Assembly (NCBI GenBank): GCA_964016885.1
Contig: CAXHJY010000264.1
Span: 124,001 to 188,000, forward strand
Origin: Eledone cirrhosa
Lineage: Eukaryota
Direction: 5' to 3'
DNA length: 64,000 nt
Part shown: piece after piece, positions 18,001 through 33,228 of the stretch
How the letters are laid out: the number at the start of each line of letters is the position of its first letter
Numbering within the stretch: position 1 is the first letter of the stretch
Notes under the pieces: model-generated
Seen by the model: the letters and a program-made list of their open reading frames with translations, nothing else
What the model was told of the DNA's origin: nothing
The model's database searches: none
Program-made: the position numbers and the translations under genes

Positions 18001-21000
18001 ATAGTGAGACAGACTGACATATATATAGTGAGACAGACTGACATATATATAGTGAGACAGACTGACATATATAGTGAGACAGACTGACATATATATATAG
18101 TGAGACAGACTGACATATATATAGTGAGACAGACTGACATATATATATAGTGAGACAGACTGACATATATATATAGAGACAGACTGACATATATATAGTG
18201 AGACAGACTGACATATATATAGCGAAACAGACTGACATATATATAGTGAGACAGACTGACATATATATATAGTGAGACAGACTGACATATATATAGTGAG
18301 ACAGACTGACATATATATAGTGAGACAGACTGACATATATAAATAGTGAGACAGACTGACATATATATATAGTGAGACAGACTGACATATATATAGTGAG
18401 ACAGACTGACATATATATAGTGAGACAGACTGACATATATATATAGTGAGACAGACTGACATATATATATAGTGAGACAGATTGACATATATAGTGAGAC
18501 AGACTGACATATATATAGTGAGACAGACTGACATATATAGTGAGACGGACTGACATATATATATAGTGAGACAGACTGACATATATATATAGTGAGACAG
18601 ACTGACATATATATAGTGAGACAGACTGACATATATATAGTGAGACAGACTGACATATATATAGTGAGACAGACTGACATATATATATAGTGAGACAGAC
18701 TGACATATATATAGTGAGACAGACTGACATATATATATAGAGACAGACTGACATATATATAGTGAGACAGGCTGACATATATATATAGTGAGACAGACTG
18801 ACATATATATAGTGAGACAGACTGACATATATATATATAGTGAGACAGACTGACATATATATAGTGAGACAGACTGACATATATATATAGAGACAGACTG
18901 ACATATATATAGTGAGACAGACTGACATATATATAGAGACAGACTGATATATATATATAGTGAGACAGACTGACACATATATAGTGAGACGACTGACATA
19001 TATATATAGTGAGACAGACTGACATATATTTAGTGAGACAGACTGACATATATATAGTGAGACAGACTGACATATATATATAGTGAGACAGACTGACATA
19101 CATATATAGTGAGACAGACTGACATATATATAGTGAGACAGACTGACATATATAAATAGTGAGACAGACTGACATATATATAGTCAGACAGACTGACATA
19201 TATATAGTGAGACAGACTGACATATATATATAGCGAGACAGACTGACATATATATATATAGTGAGACAGATTGACATATATATATAGTGAGACAGACTGA
19301 CATATATATAGTGAGACAGACTGACATATATAGTGAGACAGACTGACATATATATATAGTGAGACAGACTGACATATATATATAGTGAGACAGACTGACA
19401 TATATATAGTGAGACAGACTGACATATATATATATAGTGCGACAGACTGACATATTTATAGTGAGACAGACTGAAATATATATAGTGAGACAGACTGACA
19501 TATATAAAGAGTGAGACAGACTGACATATATATAGTGAGACAGACTGACTTATATATAGTGAGACAGATTGACATATATATAGTGAGACAGATTGACATA
19601 TATATAGTGAGACAGACTGACATATATATAGTGAGACAGACTGACATATATATAGTGAGACAGACTGACATATATATAGTGAGACAGACTGACATATATA
19701 TATAGTGAGACAGACTGACATATATATAGTGAGACAGACTGACATATATATAGTGAGACAGACTGACTTATATATAGCGAAACAGACTGACATATATATA
19801 TAGTGAGACAGACTGACATATATATAGTGAGACAGACTGACATATATATAGTGAGACAGACTGAAATATATATAGTGAGACAGACTGACATATATAAAGA
19901 GTGAGACAGACTGACATATATATAGTGAGACAGACTGACTTATATATAGCGAAACAGACTGACATATATATATAGTGAGACAGACTGACATATATATAGT
20001 GAGACAGGCTGACATATATATATAGTGAGACAGACTGACATATATATAGTGAGACAGACTGACATATATATATAGTGAGACAGACTGACATATATATATA
20101 GTGAAGCAGACTGACATATATATAGTGAGACAGACTGACATATATATATAGTGAGACAGACTGACATATATATATAGTGAGAGACTGACATATATATAGT
20201 GAGAAAGACTGACATATATATAGTGAGACAGACTGACATATATATATAGTGAGACAGACTGACATATATATAGTGAGACAGACTGACATATATATAGTGA
20301 GACAGACTGACATATATATATAGTGAGACAGACTGACATATATATAGTGAGACAGACTGACATATATATAGTGAGACAGACTGACATATATATATAGTGA
20401 GACAGACTAACATTTATATAGTGAGACAGACTGACACATATATAGTGAGACAGACTAACATATATATAGTGAGACAGACTGACATATATATAGTGAGACA
20501 GACTGACATATATATATTGAGACAGACTGACATATATATATAGTGAGACAGGCTGACATATATATAGTGAGACCGACTGACATATATATAGTGAGACACT
20601 GACATATATATAGTGAGGCAGACTGACATATATATATAGTGAGACAGACTGACATATATATATATATAGTGAGACAGACTGACATATATATATAGTGAGA
20701 CAGACTGACATATATATATAGTGAGACAGACTGACATATATATAGTGTGACAGACTGACATATATAGTGTGACAGACTGACATATATATATAGTGAGACA
20801 GACTGACATATATATATAGTAAGACAGACTGACATATATATATAGTGAGACAGACTGACATATATATAGTGAGACAGGCTGACATATATATATATAGTGA
20901 GACAGACTGACATATATATCGTGAGACAGACTGACATATATATAGTGTGACAGACTGACATATATATAGTGAGACAGACTGACATATATATATAGTGAGA

Positions 21001-24000
21001 CAGACAGACAGATATATATAGTGAGTCAGATTAACATATATATATAGTGAGACAGACTGACATATATATAGTGAGACAGACTGACATATATATAGTGAGA
21101 CAGACTGACATATATATAGTGAGACAAACTGACATATATATAGTGAGACAGACAAACATATATATATAGTGAGACAGACTGACATATATATAGTGAGACA
21201 GACTGACATATATATAGTGAGACAGACTGACATATATATAGTGAGACAGACTAACATATATATAGTGAGACAGACTGACATATATATAGTGAGACAGACT
21301 GACATATATATATAGTGAGACAGACTGACATATATATATAGTGAGACAGACTGACATATATATAGTGAGACAGACTGACATATATATAGTGAGACAGACT
21401 GACATATATATAGTGAGACAGACTGACATATATAAATAGTGAGACAGACTGACATATATATATAGTGAGACAGACTGACATATATATAGTGAGACAGACT
21501 GACATATATATAGTGAGACAGACTGACATATATATATAGTGAGACAGAGTGACATATATATATAGTGAGTCAGATTGACATATATATATAGTGAGACAGA
21601 CTGACATATATATAGTGAGACAGACTGACATATATATAGTGAGACAAAGACATATATAGTGAGACAGACTGACATATATAGTGAGACAGACTGACATATA
21701 TATATAGTGAGACAGACTGACATATATATATAGTGAGACAGATTGACATATATATATAGTGAGACAGACTGACATATATATAGTGAGACAGACTGACATA
21801 TATATAGTGAGACAGAGACATATATAGTGAGACAGACTGACATATATATATAGTGAGACAGACTGACATATATATATAGTGAGACAGATGACATATTTAT
21901 AGTGAGACAGACTGAAATATATATATAGTGAGACAGACTGACATATATAAAGAGTGAGACAGACTGACATATATATAGTGAGACAGACTGACTTATATAT
22001 AGTGAGACAGATTGACATATATATAGTGAGACAGACTGACATATATATAGTGAGACAGACTGACATATATATATAGTGAGACAGACTGACATATATAGTG
22101 AGACAGACTGACATATATATATAGTGAGACAGACTGACATATATATATATAGTGAGACAGACTGACATATATATAGTGAGACAGACTGACATATATATAG
22201 TTAGACAGACTGACATATATATATAGTGAGACAGACTGACATATTTATAGTGAGACAGACTGAAATATATATAGTGAGACAGACTGACATATATAAAGAG
22301 TGAGACAGACTGACATATATATAGTGAGACAGACTGACATATATATATAGTGAGACAGACTGACATATATATAGTGAGACAGGCTGACATATATATATAG
22401 TGAGACAGACTGACATATATATAGTGAGACAGACTGACATATATATATAGTGAGACAGACTGACATATATATAGTGAGACAGACTGACATATATATAGTG
22501 AGACAGACTGACATATATATATAGAGACAGACTGACATATATATAGTGAGACAGGCTGACATATATATATAGTGAGACAGACTGACATATATATAGTGAG
22601 ACAGACTGACATATATATATATAGTGAGACAGACTGACATATATATAGTGAGACAGACTGACATATATATATAGAGACAGACTGACATATATATAGTGAG
22701 ACAGACTGACATATATATAGAGACAGACTGATATATATATATAGTGAGACAGACTGACACATATATAGTGAGACGACTGACATATATATATAGTGAGACA
22801 GACTGACATATATTTAGTGAGACAGACTGACATATATATAGTGAGACAGACTGACATATATATATAGTGAGACAGACTGACATATATATATAGTGAGACA
22901 GACTGACATATATATAGTGAGACAGACTGACATATATAAATAGTGAGACAGACTGACATATATATATAGTGAGATAGACTGACATATATATAGTGAGACA
23001 GACTGACATATATATAGTGAGACAGACTGACATATATATATAGCGAGACAGACTGACATATATATATAGTGAGACAGATTGACATATATATATAGTGAGA
23101 CAGATTGACATATATATATAGTGAGACAGACTGACATATATATAGTGAGACAGACTGACATATATAGTGAGACAGACTGACATATATATATAGTGAGACA
23201 GACTGACATATATATATAGTGAGACAGACTGACATATATATAGTGAGACAGACTGACATATATATATAGTGCGACAGACTGACATATTTATAGTGAGACA
23301 GACTGAAATATATATAGTGAGACAGACTGACATATATAAAGAGTGAGACAGACTGACATATATATAGTGAGACAGACTGACTTATATATAGTGAGACAGA
23401 TTGACATATATATAGTGAGACAGATTGACATATATATAGTGAGACAGACTGACATATATATAGTGAGACAGACTGACATATATATATAGTGAGACAGACT
23501 GACATATATATAGTGAGACAGGCTGACATATATATATAGTGAGACAGACTGACATATATATATAGTGAGACAGACTGACATATATATATAGTGAAGCAGA
23601 CTGACATATATATAGTGAGACAGACTGACATATATATATAGTGAGACAGACTGACATATATATATAGTGAGAGACTGACATATATATAGTGAGACACACT
23701 GACATATAAATAGTGAGACAGACTGACATATATATATAGTGAGACAGACTGACATATATATAGTGAGACAGACTGACATATATATAGTGAGACAGACTGA
23801 CATATATATATAGTGAGACAGACTGACATATATATAAAGTGAGACAGACTGACATATATATATAGTGAGACAGACTGACATATATATATATAGTGAAACA
23901 GACTGACATATATATATAGTGAGACAGACTGACATATATATATAGTGAGACAGACTGACATATATATAGTGAGACAGACTGACATATATATAGTGAGACA

Positions 24001-27000
24001 GACTGACATATATATATTGAGACAGACTGACATATATATATAGTGAGACAGGCTGACATATATATAGTGAGACAGACTAACATATATATAGTGAGACAGA
24101 CTGACATATATATAGTGAGACAGACTGACATATATATATTGAGACAGACTGACATATATATATAGTGAGACAGGCTGACATATATATAGTGAGACCGACT
24201 GACATATATATAGTGAGACAGACTGACATATATATAGTGAGGCAGACTGACATATATATATAGTGAGACAGACTGACATATATATATATAGTGAGACAGA
24301 CTGACATATATATATAGTGAGACAGACTGACATATATATATAGTGAGACAGACTGACATATATATAGTGTGACAGACTGACATATATATAGTGTGACAGA
24401 CTGACATATATATATAGTGAGACAGACTGACATATATATATAGTAAGACAGAGTGACATATATATATAGTGAGACAGACTGACATATATATAGTGAGACA
24501 GGCTGACATATATATATAGTGAGACAGACTGACATATATATCGTGAGACAGACTGACATATATATAGTGTGACAGACTGACATATATATAGTGAGACAGA
24601 CTGACATATATATATAGTGAGACAGACAGACAGATATATATAGTGAGTCAGATTAACATATATATATAGTGAGACAGACTGACATATATATAGTGAGACA
24701 GACTGACATATATATAGTGAGACAGACTGACATATATATAGTGAGACAAACTGACATATATATAGTGAGACAGACAAACATATATATATAGTGAGACAGA
24801 CTGACATATATAGTGAGGCAGACTGAGATATATATATAGTGAGACAGACTGACATATATATAGTGAGACAGACTGACATATATATAGTGAGACAGACTAA
24901 CATATATATAGTGAGACAGACTGACATATATATAGTGAGACAGACTGACATATATATATAGTGAGACAGACTGACATATATATATAGTGAGACAGGCTGA
25001 CATATATATAGTGAGACAGACTGACATATATATAGTGAGACAGACTGACATATATATAGTGAGACAGACTGACATATATATAGTGAGACAGGCTGACATA
25101 TATATAGTGAGACAGACTGACATATATATATAGTGAGACAGACTGACATATATATAGTGAGACAGACTGACATATATATATAGAGACAGACTGACATATA
25201 TATAGTGAGACAGACTGACATATCTATAGAGACAGACTGATATATATATATAGTGAGACAGAATGACACATATATAGTGAGACGACTGACATATATATAT
25301 AGTGAGACAGACTGACATATATATAGTGAGACAGACTGACATATATATAGTGAGACAGACTGACATATATATATAGTGAGACAGACTGACATATATATAT
25401 AGTGAGACAGACTGACATATATATAGTGAGACAGACTGACATATATAAATAGTGAGACAGACTGACATATATATATAGTGAGACAGACTGACATATATAT
25501 AGTGAGACGGACTGACATATATATAGTCAGACAGACTGACATATATATATAGTGAGACAGACTGACATATATATATAGTGAGACAGATTGACATATATAT
25601 ATAGTGAGACAGACTGACATATATATAGTGAGACAGACTGACATATATATAGTGAGACAGAGACATATATAGTGAGACAGACTGACATATATATATAGTG
25701 AGACAGACTGACATATATATATAGTGAGACAGACTGACATATATATAGTGAGACAGACTGACATATATATAGTTAGACAGACTGACATATATATATAGTG
25801 AGACAGACTGACATATTTATAGTGAGACAGACTGAAATATATATATAGTGAGACAGACTGACATATATAAAGAGTGAGACAGACTGACATATATATAGTG
25901 AGACAGACTGACTTATATATAGTGAGACAGATTGACATATATATAGTGAGACAGACTGACATATATATAGTGAGACAGACTGACATATATATATAGTGAG
26001 ACAGACTGACATATATATATAGTGAGACAGACTGACATATATATAGTGAGACAGACTGACATATATATAGTGAGACAGACTGACATATATATATAGTGAG
26101 ACAGACTGACATATTTATAGTGAGACAGACTGAAATATATATAGTGAGACAGACTGACATATATAAAGAGTGAGACAGACTGACATATATATAGTGAGAC
26201 AGACTGACTTATATATAGTGAGACAGATTGACATATATATAGTGAGACAGACTGACATATATATAGTGAGACAGACTGACATATATATATAGTGAGACAG
26301 ACTGACATATATATAGTGAGACAGGCTGACATATATATATAGTGAGACAGACTGACATATATATAGTGAGACAGACTGACATATATATATAGTGAGACAG
26401 ACTGACATATATATATAGTGAAGCAGACTGACATATATATAGTGAGACAGACTGACATATATATATAGTGAGACAGACTGACATATATATAGTGAGACAG
26501 ACTGACATATATATAGTGAGACAGACTAACATATATATAGTGAGACAGACTGACATATATATAGTGAGACAGACTGACATATATATATATAGTGAGACAG
26601 ACTGACATATATATATAGTGAGACAGACTGACATATATATATAGTGAGACAGACTGACATATATATATAGTGAGGCAGACTGACATATATAGTGAGACAG
26701 ACTGACATATATATATATAGTGAGACAGACTGACATATATATATAGTGAGTCAGACTAACATATATATATAGTGAGACAGACTGACATATATATAGTGAG
26801 ACAGACTGACATATATATAGTGAGACAGACTGACATATATATATAGTGAGACAGACTGACATATATATAGTGAGACAGACTGACATATATATAGTGAGAC
26901 AGACTAACATATATATATAGTGAGACAGACTGACATATATATATAGTGAGACAGACTGACATATATATATATAGTGAGACAGACTGACATATACATAGTG

Positions 27001-29983
27001 AGACAGACTGACATATATATAGTGAGACAGACTGACATATATATATAGTGAGACAGACTGACATATATATATAGTGAGACAGACTGACATATATATAGTG
27101 TGACAGACTGACATATATATATAGTGAGACAGACTAACATATATATATAGTGAGACAGACTGACATATTTATAGTGAGACAGACTGACATATATATAGTG
27201 AGACAGACTGACATATATATAGTGAGACAAACTGACATATATATAGTGAGACAGACAAACATATATATATAGTGAGACAGACTGACATATATAGTGAGGC
27301 AGACTGAGATATATATATAGTGAGACAGACTGACATATATATAGTGAGACAGACTGACATATATATAGTGAGACAGACTAACATATATATAGTGAGACAG
27401 ACTGACATATATATAGTGAGACAGACTGACATATATATATAGTGAGACAGACTGACATATATATATAGTGAGACAGGCTGACATATATATAGTGAGACAG
27501 ACTGACATATATATAGTGAGACAGACTGACATATATATAGTGAGACAGACTGACATATATATAGTGAGACAGGCTGACATATATATAGTGAGACAGACTG
27601 ACATATATATATAGTGAGACAGACTGACATATATATAGTGAGACAGACTGACATATATATATAGAGACAGACTGACATATATATAGTGAGACAGACTGAC
27701 ATATCTATAGAGACAGACTGATATATATATATAGTGAGACAGAATGACACATATATAGTGAGACGACTGACATATATATATAGTGAGACAGACTGACATA
27801 TATATAGTGAGACAGACTGACATATATATAGTGAGACAGACTGACATATATATATAGTGAGACAGACTGACATATATATATAGTGAGACAGACTGACATA
27901 TATATAGTGAGACAGACTGACATATATAAATAGTGAGACAGACTGACATATATATATAGTGAGACAGACTGACATATATATAGTGAGACAGACTGACATA
28001 TATATAGTGAGACAGAGACATATATAGTGAGACAGACTGACATATATATATAGTGAGACAGACTGACATATATATATAGTGAGACAGACTGACATATATA
28101 TAGTGAGACAGACTGACATATATATAGTTAGACAGACTGACATATATATATAGTGAGACAGACTGACATATTTATAGTGAGACAGACTGAAATATATATA
28201 TAGTGAGACAGACTGACATATATAAAGAGTGAGACAGACTGACATATATATAGTGAGACAGACTGACTTATATATAGTGAGACAGATTGACATATATATA
28301 GTGAGACAGACTGACATATATATAGTGAGACAGACTGACATATATATATAGTGAGACAGACTGACATATATATATAGTGAGACAGACTGACATATATATA
28401 GTGAGACAGACTGACATATATATAGTGAGACAGACTGACATATATATATAGTGAGACAGACTGACATATTTATAGTGAGACAGACTGAAATATATATAGT
28501 GAGACAGACTGACATATATAAAGAGTGAGACAGACTGACATATATATAGTGAGACAGACTGACTTATATATAGTGAGACAGATTGACATATATATAGTGA
28601 GACAGACTGACATATATATAGTGAGACAGACTGACATATATATATAGTGAGACAGACTGACATATATATAGTGAGACAGGCTGACATATATATATAGTGA
28701 GACAGACTGACATATATATAGTGAGACAGACTGACATATATATATAGTGAGACAGACTGACATATATATATAGTGAAGCAGACTGACATATATATAGTGA
28801 GACAGACTGACATATATATATAGTGAGACAGACTGACATATATATAGTGAGACAGACTGACATATATATAGTGAGACAGACTAACATATATATAGTGAGA
28901 CAGACTGACATATATATAGTGAGACAGACTGACATATATATATATAGTGAGACAGACTGACATATATATATAGTGAGACAGACTGACATATATATATAGT
29001 GAGACAGACTGACATATATATATAGTGAGGCAGACTGACATATATAGTGAGACAGACTGACATATATATATATAGTGAGACAGACTGACATATATATATA
29101 GTGAGTCAGACTAACATATATATATAGTGAGACAGACTGACATATATATAGTGAGACAGACTGACATATATATAGTGAGACAGACTGACATATATATATA
29201 GTGAGACAGACTGACATATATATAGTGAGACAGACTGACATATATATAGTGAGACAGACTAACATATATATATAGTGAGACAGACTGACATATATATATA
29301 GTGAGACAGACTGACATATATATATATAGTGAGACAGACTGACATATACATAGTGAGACAGACTGACATATATATAGTGAGACAGACTGACATATATATA
29401 TAGTGAGACAGACTGACATATATATATAGTGAGACAGACTGACATATATATAGTGTGACAGACTGACATATATATATAGTGAGACAGACTAACATATATA
29501 TATAGTGAGACAGACTGACATATTTATAGTGAGACAGACTGACATATATATAGTGAGATAGACTGACATATATATAGTGAGACAGACTGACATATATATA
29601 GTGAGACAGACTGACATATATATATAGTGAGACAGACTGACATATATATAGTGAGACAGACTGACATATATATAGTGAGACAGACTGACATATATATATA
29701 GTGAGACAGACTGACATATATATATAGTGAGACAGACTGACATATATATAGTGAGACACTGACATATATATATAGTGAGACAGACTGACATATATATATA
29801 GTGAGACAGACTGACATATATATATAGTGAGACAGACTGACATATATATAGTGAGACACTGACATATATATATAGTGAGACAGACTGACATATATATAGT
29901 GAGACAGACTGACATATATATAGTGAGACAGACTGATATATATATAGTGAGACAGACTGACATATATATAGTGAGACAGACTG

Positions 29984-30032
<49 letters not shown>

Positions 30033-30039
30033 GACAGAC
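1..30039. repeat. Minisatellite/satellite array, monomer AGTGAGACAGACTGAC(AT)n, n mostly 4-5 (24/26 bp), with higher-order repeats; continues beyond the left edge of the window
   Basis: Monomer is directly visible throughout. Identical ORF-track translations recur at offsets of 5719, 16753, 10836 and 2355 bp. Confidence 0.99.
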
Positions 30040-30216
30040 CGATTAACCTCGATGTCACGTGATTTATTCTTTTGAATTTGCCACCGACAAAGTAGGCAGT
30101 GATTTTTTCGATGTTTTGGAACTTAGTCCACACTTTGCTTTTTTCTATCCACTGAATTATTTTTGTATAAGTTCCCTGTGTCCACGCATTGCCTGGGAAC
30201 TTAGCTGAGAATAGAC

Positions 30217-30270
30217 TTCCCTGATGACGAAAGGATTTCTCCATGTTGTTCCATTCGGAAACCATGTTTA
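30217..30270 (+). ncRNA. Degenerate type I hammerhead ribozyme-like motif (Penelope-type)
   Basis: CTGATGA (30221-27), stem II CGAA-A-GGA/TCC-A-TTCG, GAAA (30258-61), near-palindromic ACCATGTT. Stem I and the cleavage triplet are not intact. Confidence 0.45.
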
Positions 30271-30377
30271 TTCCCTTTCAGAAACTAATTAGTTGGAGTG
30301 AAATTTTAGTAAGTAAGTTAATTTTTAGAATTTTCTTATTTTACGTCTTTCATATATATATATATATATATTTATCT

Positions 30378-33096
30378 ATGTAATAGACCTCATAGTCAGG
30401 AATAGACATACTCGATGACAGAAGAGGCCTACCTTGAGGAGAAGAATATGGAAGTTGAAGGACGCCATGTCCAGTGACAAATTTAAAAGCTTATTACTTT
30501 GACAATAAGGAAGAGCAATTAGAGACGTGCAATATAGAGGAACAATGGCAATTCTTGAAAGTGAACCTGCTGAAAGCAACAGATGAAATCTGTGGCTGGA
30601 GCAGACCTATTGGCAAAGGAGAGTAACTTGGTGGTGGAACAGTAAGGTGGAATAGACAATCAAGGCCAAAAAGCAGGCTTGGAAAGTATGGCAGGATGGG
30701 GGAAGTAGAGAGCACTATTAAGTGGCCAGGACAGAAGCTAGGAGACAAGTGTACTTCGCAAGAAGGGTAGCAGAGGATAGAAAGTTCAAGCATGTTCTAC
30801 AACGCGAGGACCAAAAACGTGAGGTGTTCACGATTGCTAGACAATGTGTCAAGGAAAACCGTGATATTGTCGGGGAGAAGTGTGTCCGTAATGATAACGG
30901 TGTACTTGCCCTCACTGATACTGATATTCTCCTCATTTAAAAGTCTATTGCAGTGTCACTACAATAGACTTTTAAATGAGGAGAATAAATGGGAAAAAGA
31001 TAATCTGCCCCAAATCGATCCAATTGAGGGACCAGCAGTGCAAGTTAATGGTAGTATAATAAGTAAGGCAATCAAAGATATGAAGACAGGCAAGGCAGCT
31101 GGGCCTTCGGAGATAGTTGCTGAGATGTTGAAGGCATCTGGTATGGTGGAACACACTATGGTCATCCGTCTAGTTAACCAAGTAATACAGAATGGGGTCA
31201 TACCGAACGACTGGCGTAGCAGCATCATCATTAACTGATACAAGAGTAAAGGGGATGCTCTAGATAGGGGTAACTATAGAGGCATTAAGTTAGTTGACCA
31301 GATCATGAAGGTCACAGAAAGAGTTATAGCGCAACTAATCAGAGAGCAAATTGATCTAGATGAAATGCAGTTTGGGTTTGTGTCAGGTAAAAGTACCACA
31401 GACGCTCTTTTCCTTGTACGACAACTACAAGAGAAGTACCTAGCTAAAAGTAAACCCCTCTACTTAGCTTTTGTAGACCTGGAGAAAGCCTTTGACAGAG
31501 TTATCTTTGCTCCATTATCTGCAGGGCTCTTAGAAAACTAGGTGTAGATGAATGGCTTATGAGAGCTATACAAGCCATGTATAATGAAACAGTCAGTAAG
31601 GTTAGAATTAACAATGAATATTGTGAAGAATTTAGTGTAAAAGTTGGTGTTCATCAAGGCTCTGTCCTTAGCCCCCTATTATTTATTATTGCCCTTCAGG
31701 CTATAACAGAGGAGTTCAAGACCGGCTGGAGCATGGGAACTCCTATACGCAGATGATCTAACGCTCATAGCTGAATCAATAGATAAGAAATTCAAAACAT
31801 GGAAGCATGGCCTAGAATCAAAAGGCCTTAAAGTTAATTTGTCTAAGACTAAAGTTCTAGTTTGTAGGAAAGAAAATAGGGCACCGGTCCCATCTGGAAA
31901 ATAGCCATGCTCAGTGTGTAGGAAAGGAGTAGGTGGGAAACTCCATTTTATGTCCCAAATGCAAAGTATGGGTACATAAAAGATGTAGTGGGATCACAGG
32001 TAAGCTAACTAAGAATATAGATTTTATATGTGGCCGGTGCTCTGGTGCAATAAGTAGCAGCAAGTGCCCACAGAATACTAGCTCATTCCATTGCCCAGAT
32101 GGTTCTATAGAAATAGTGGACACCTTCTGTTACCTGGGTGACAAAATCAGCAGTGGTGGAGGGTGCTCTGAAAGTACAGTAGCCAGAGTCAGAACGGTAT
32201 GGAAAAAGTTCAGAGCTTATACCGCTGTTGGCCACGTTTCTCTCTAAAAATGAAAGGCAGGCTGTATGATGCCTGTATACGAACAGCAATGCTACATGGC
32301 AGTGAGACCTGGGCATTGTATGCAGAGGACCTGCGCAGACTGGAAAGGAACGAAGCATGCTCCGTTGGATGTGTAATAGTAATATACGTGAACGGCAAAG
32401 CATAAATGAACTAAGTGAGAAATTAGGAATAAGAGGAATCAGATGCTGTTTACTCGAGAGAAGACTACGTTGGTATGGTCACGTGATGCGCATGAAAGAC
32501 ACCAGCTGCATAAAAAAGTGCAGGGCGATCAAAATTGATGGTAGTTACGGAGTAGGCAGACCCAGAAAAACCTGGGACGATCTGATAAATTCCGACCTAC
32601 ACATGCACCTCTCTAAGACAATGTCACTGGACGGAGATCTTTGGTGCTACGCAGTAATATAGAAGACCCGCCTTACCTTGTACAAAGTGAAACCTACAGT
32701 CAGTAGGCACCTCTTAACCAAATATACACCCCAATCCACTACCCCTACCCTATCCTCCCACTCCCACCAACACCACCTCTTTCTCTGTAAATTAGTACCA
32801 TAAAATCCAGCCCAAATAAATGAGATAATGAGATCGAGATCGTGTAGGTGTCACGACAAAAACACACAGTCCACGCTGTAATGTGGTCGTGTAGGTAACA
32901 CGGTAATAACCTCCCAGTCCACACTGTAAATGTGGTTGGTGTTGGGAAGGGCATCCAGCCGTAGAAAACCTGCCAGATAGTCCTATATGAGCGAGACACA
33001 GTCACCCGACCTACCTTGCCTCAAGTGGGACAACTCCCGTCTAACCCATGCTAGCGTGGAAGATGGACGTTAAACGATGATGATGATGATGATGAT
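30378..33096 (+). mobile_element. 5'-truncated, decayed RTE-clade LINE (family A) with full 3' UTR and (GAT)n tail
   Basis: Fragmented RT frames (KAAGPSEI, FVDLEKAFD, VHQGSVLSPLLF, PHD-like [24 protein letters not shown]). Multiple stops and frameshifts. Ends GGACGTTAAAC(GAT)7. Confidence 0.93.
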
Positions 33097-33100
33097 ATAT

Positions 33101-33146
33101 ATCATCATCATCATCATCATTTTACGTCCACTTTTCTCTGCTTGCA
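33101..33146 (-). mobile_element. Orphan 3' tail of an RTE (family B-type tail)
   Basis: Reverse complement TGCAAGCAGAGAAAAGTGGACGTAAAATGATGATG matches the 3' end at 44669-44714. Confidence 0.8.
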
Positions 33147-33174
33147 ATATATCTCTCTCTATATATATAATATA

Positions 33175-33221
<47 letters not shown>

Positions 33222-33228
33222 TGCACAG

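Noticed and set aside
348-29987. Very long minus-strand ORFs (up to 1795 aa) of MSVCLTIY/ICQSVSLY/YVSLSHYI repeats
   Set aside because: The minus-strand monomer GTCAGTCTGTCTCACT(AT)n contains no stop triplet in any frame, so open frames are automatic. Frames switch with spacer length and there is no sign of coding constraint.
1-30039. CRISPR-like repeat-spacer appearance of the array
   Set aside because: The spacers are only (AT)n rather than unique sequence, there are no cas genes, and the context is eukaryotic.
29489-30265. ORF starting in unique DNA and reading into the satellite
   Set aside because: There is no recognisable motif, and its length is explained by the stop-free repeat.
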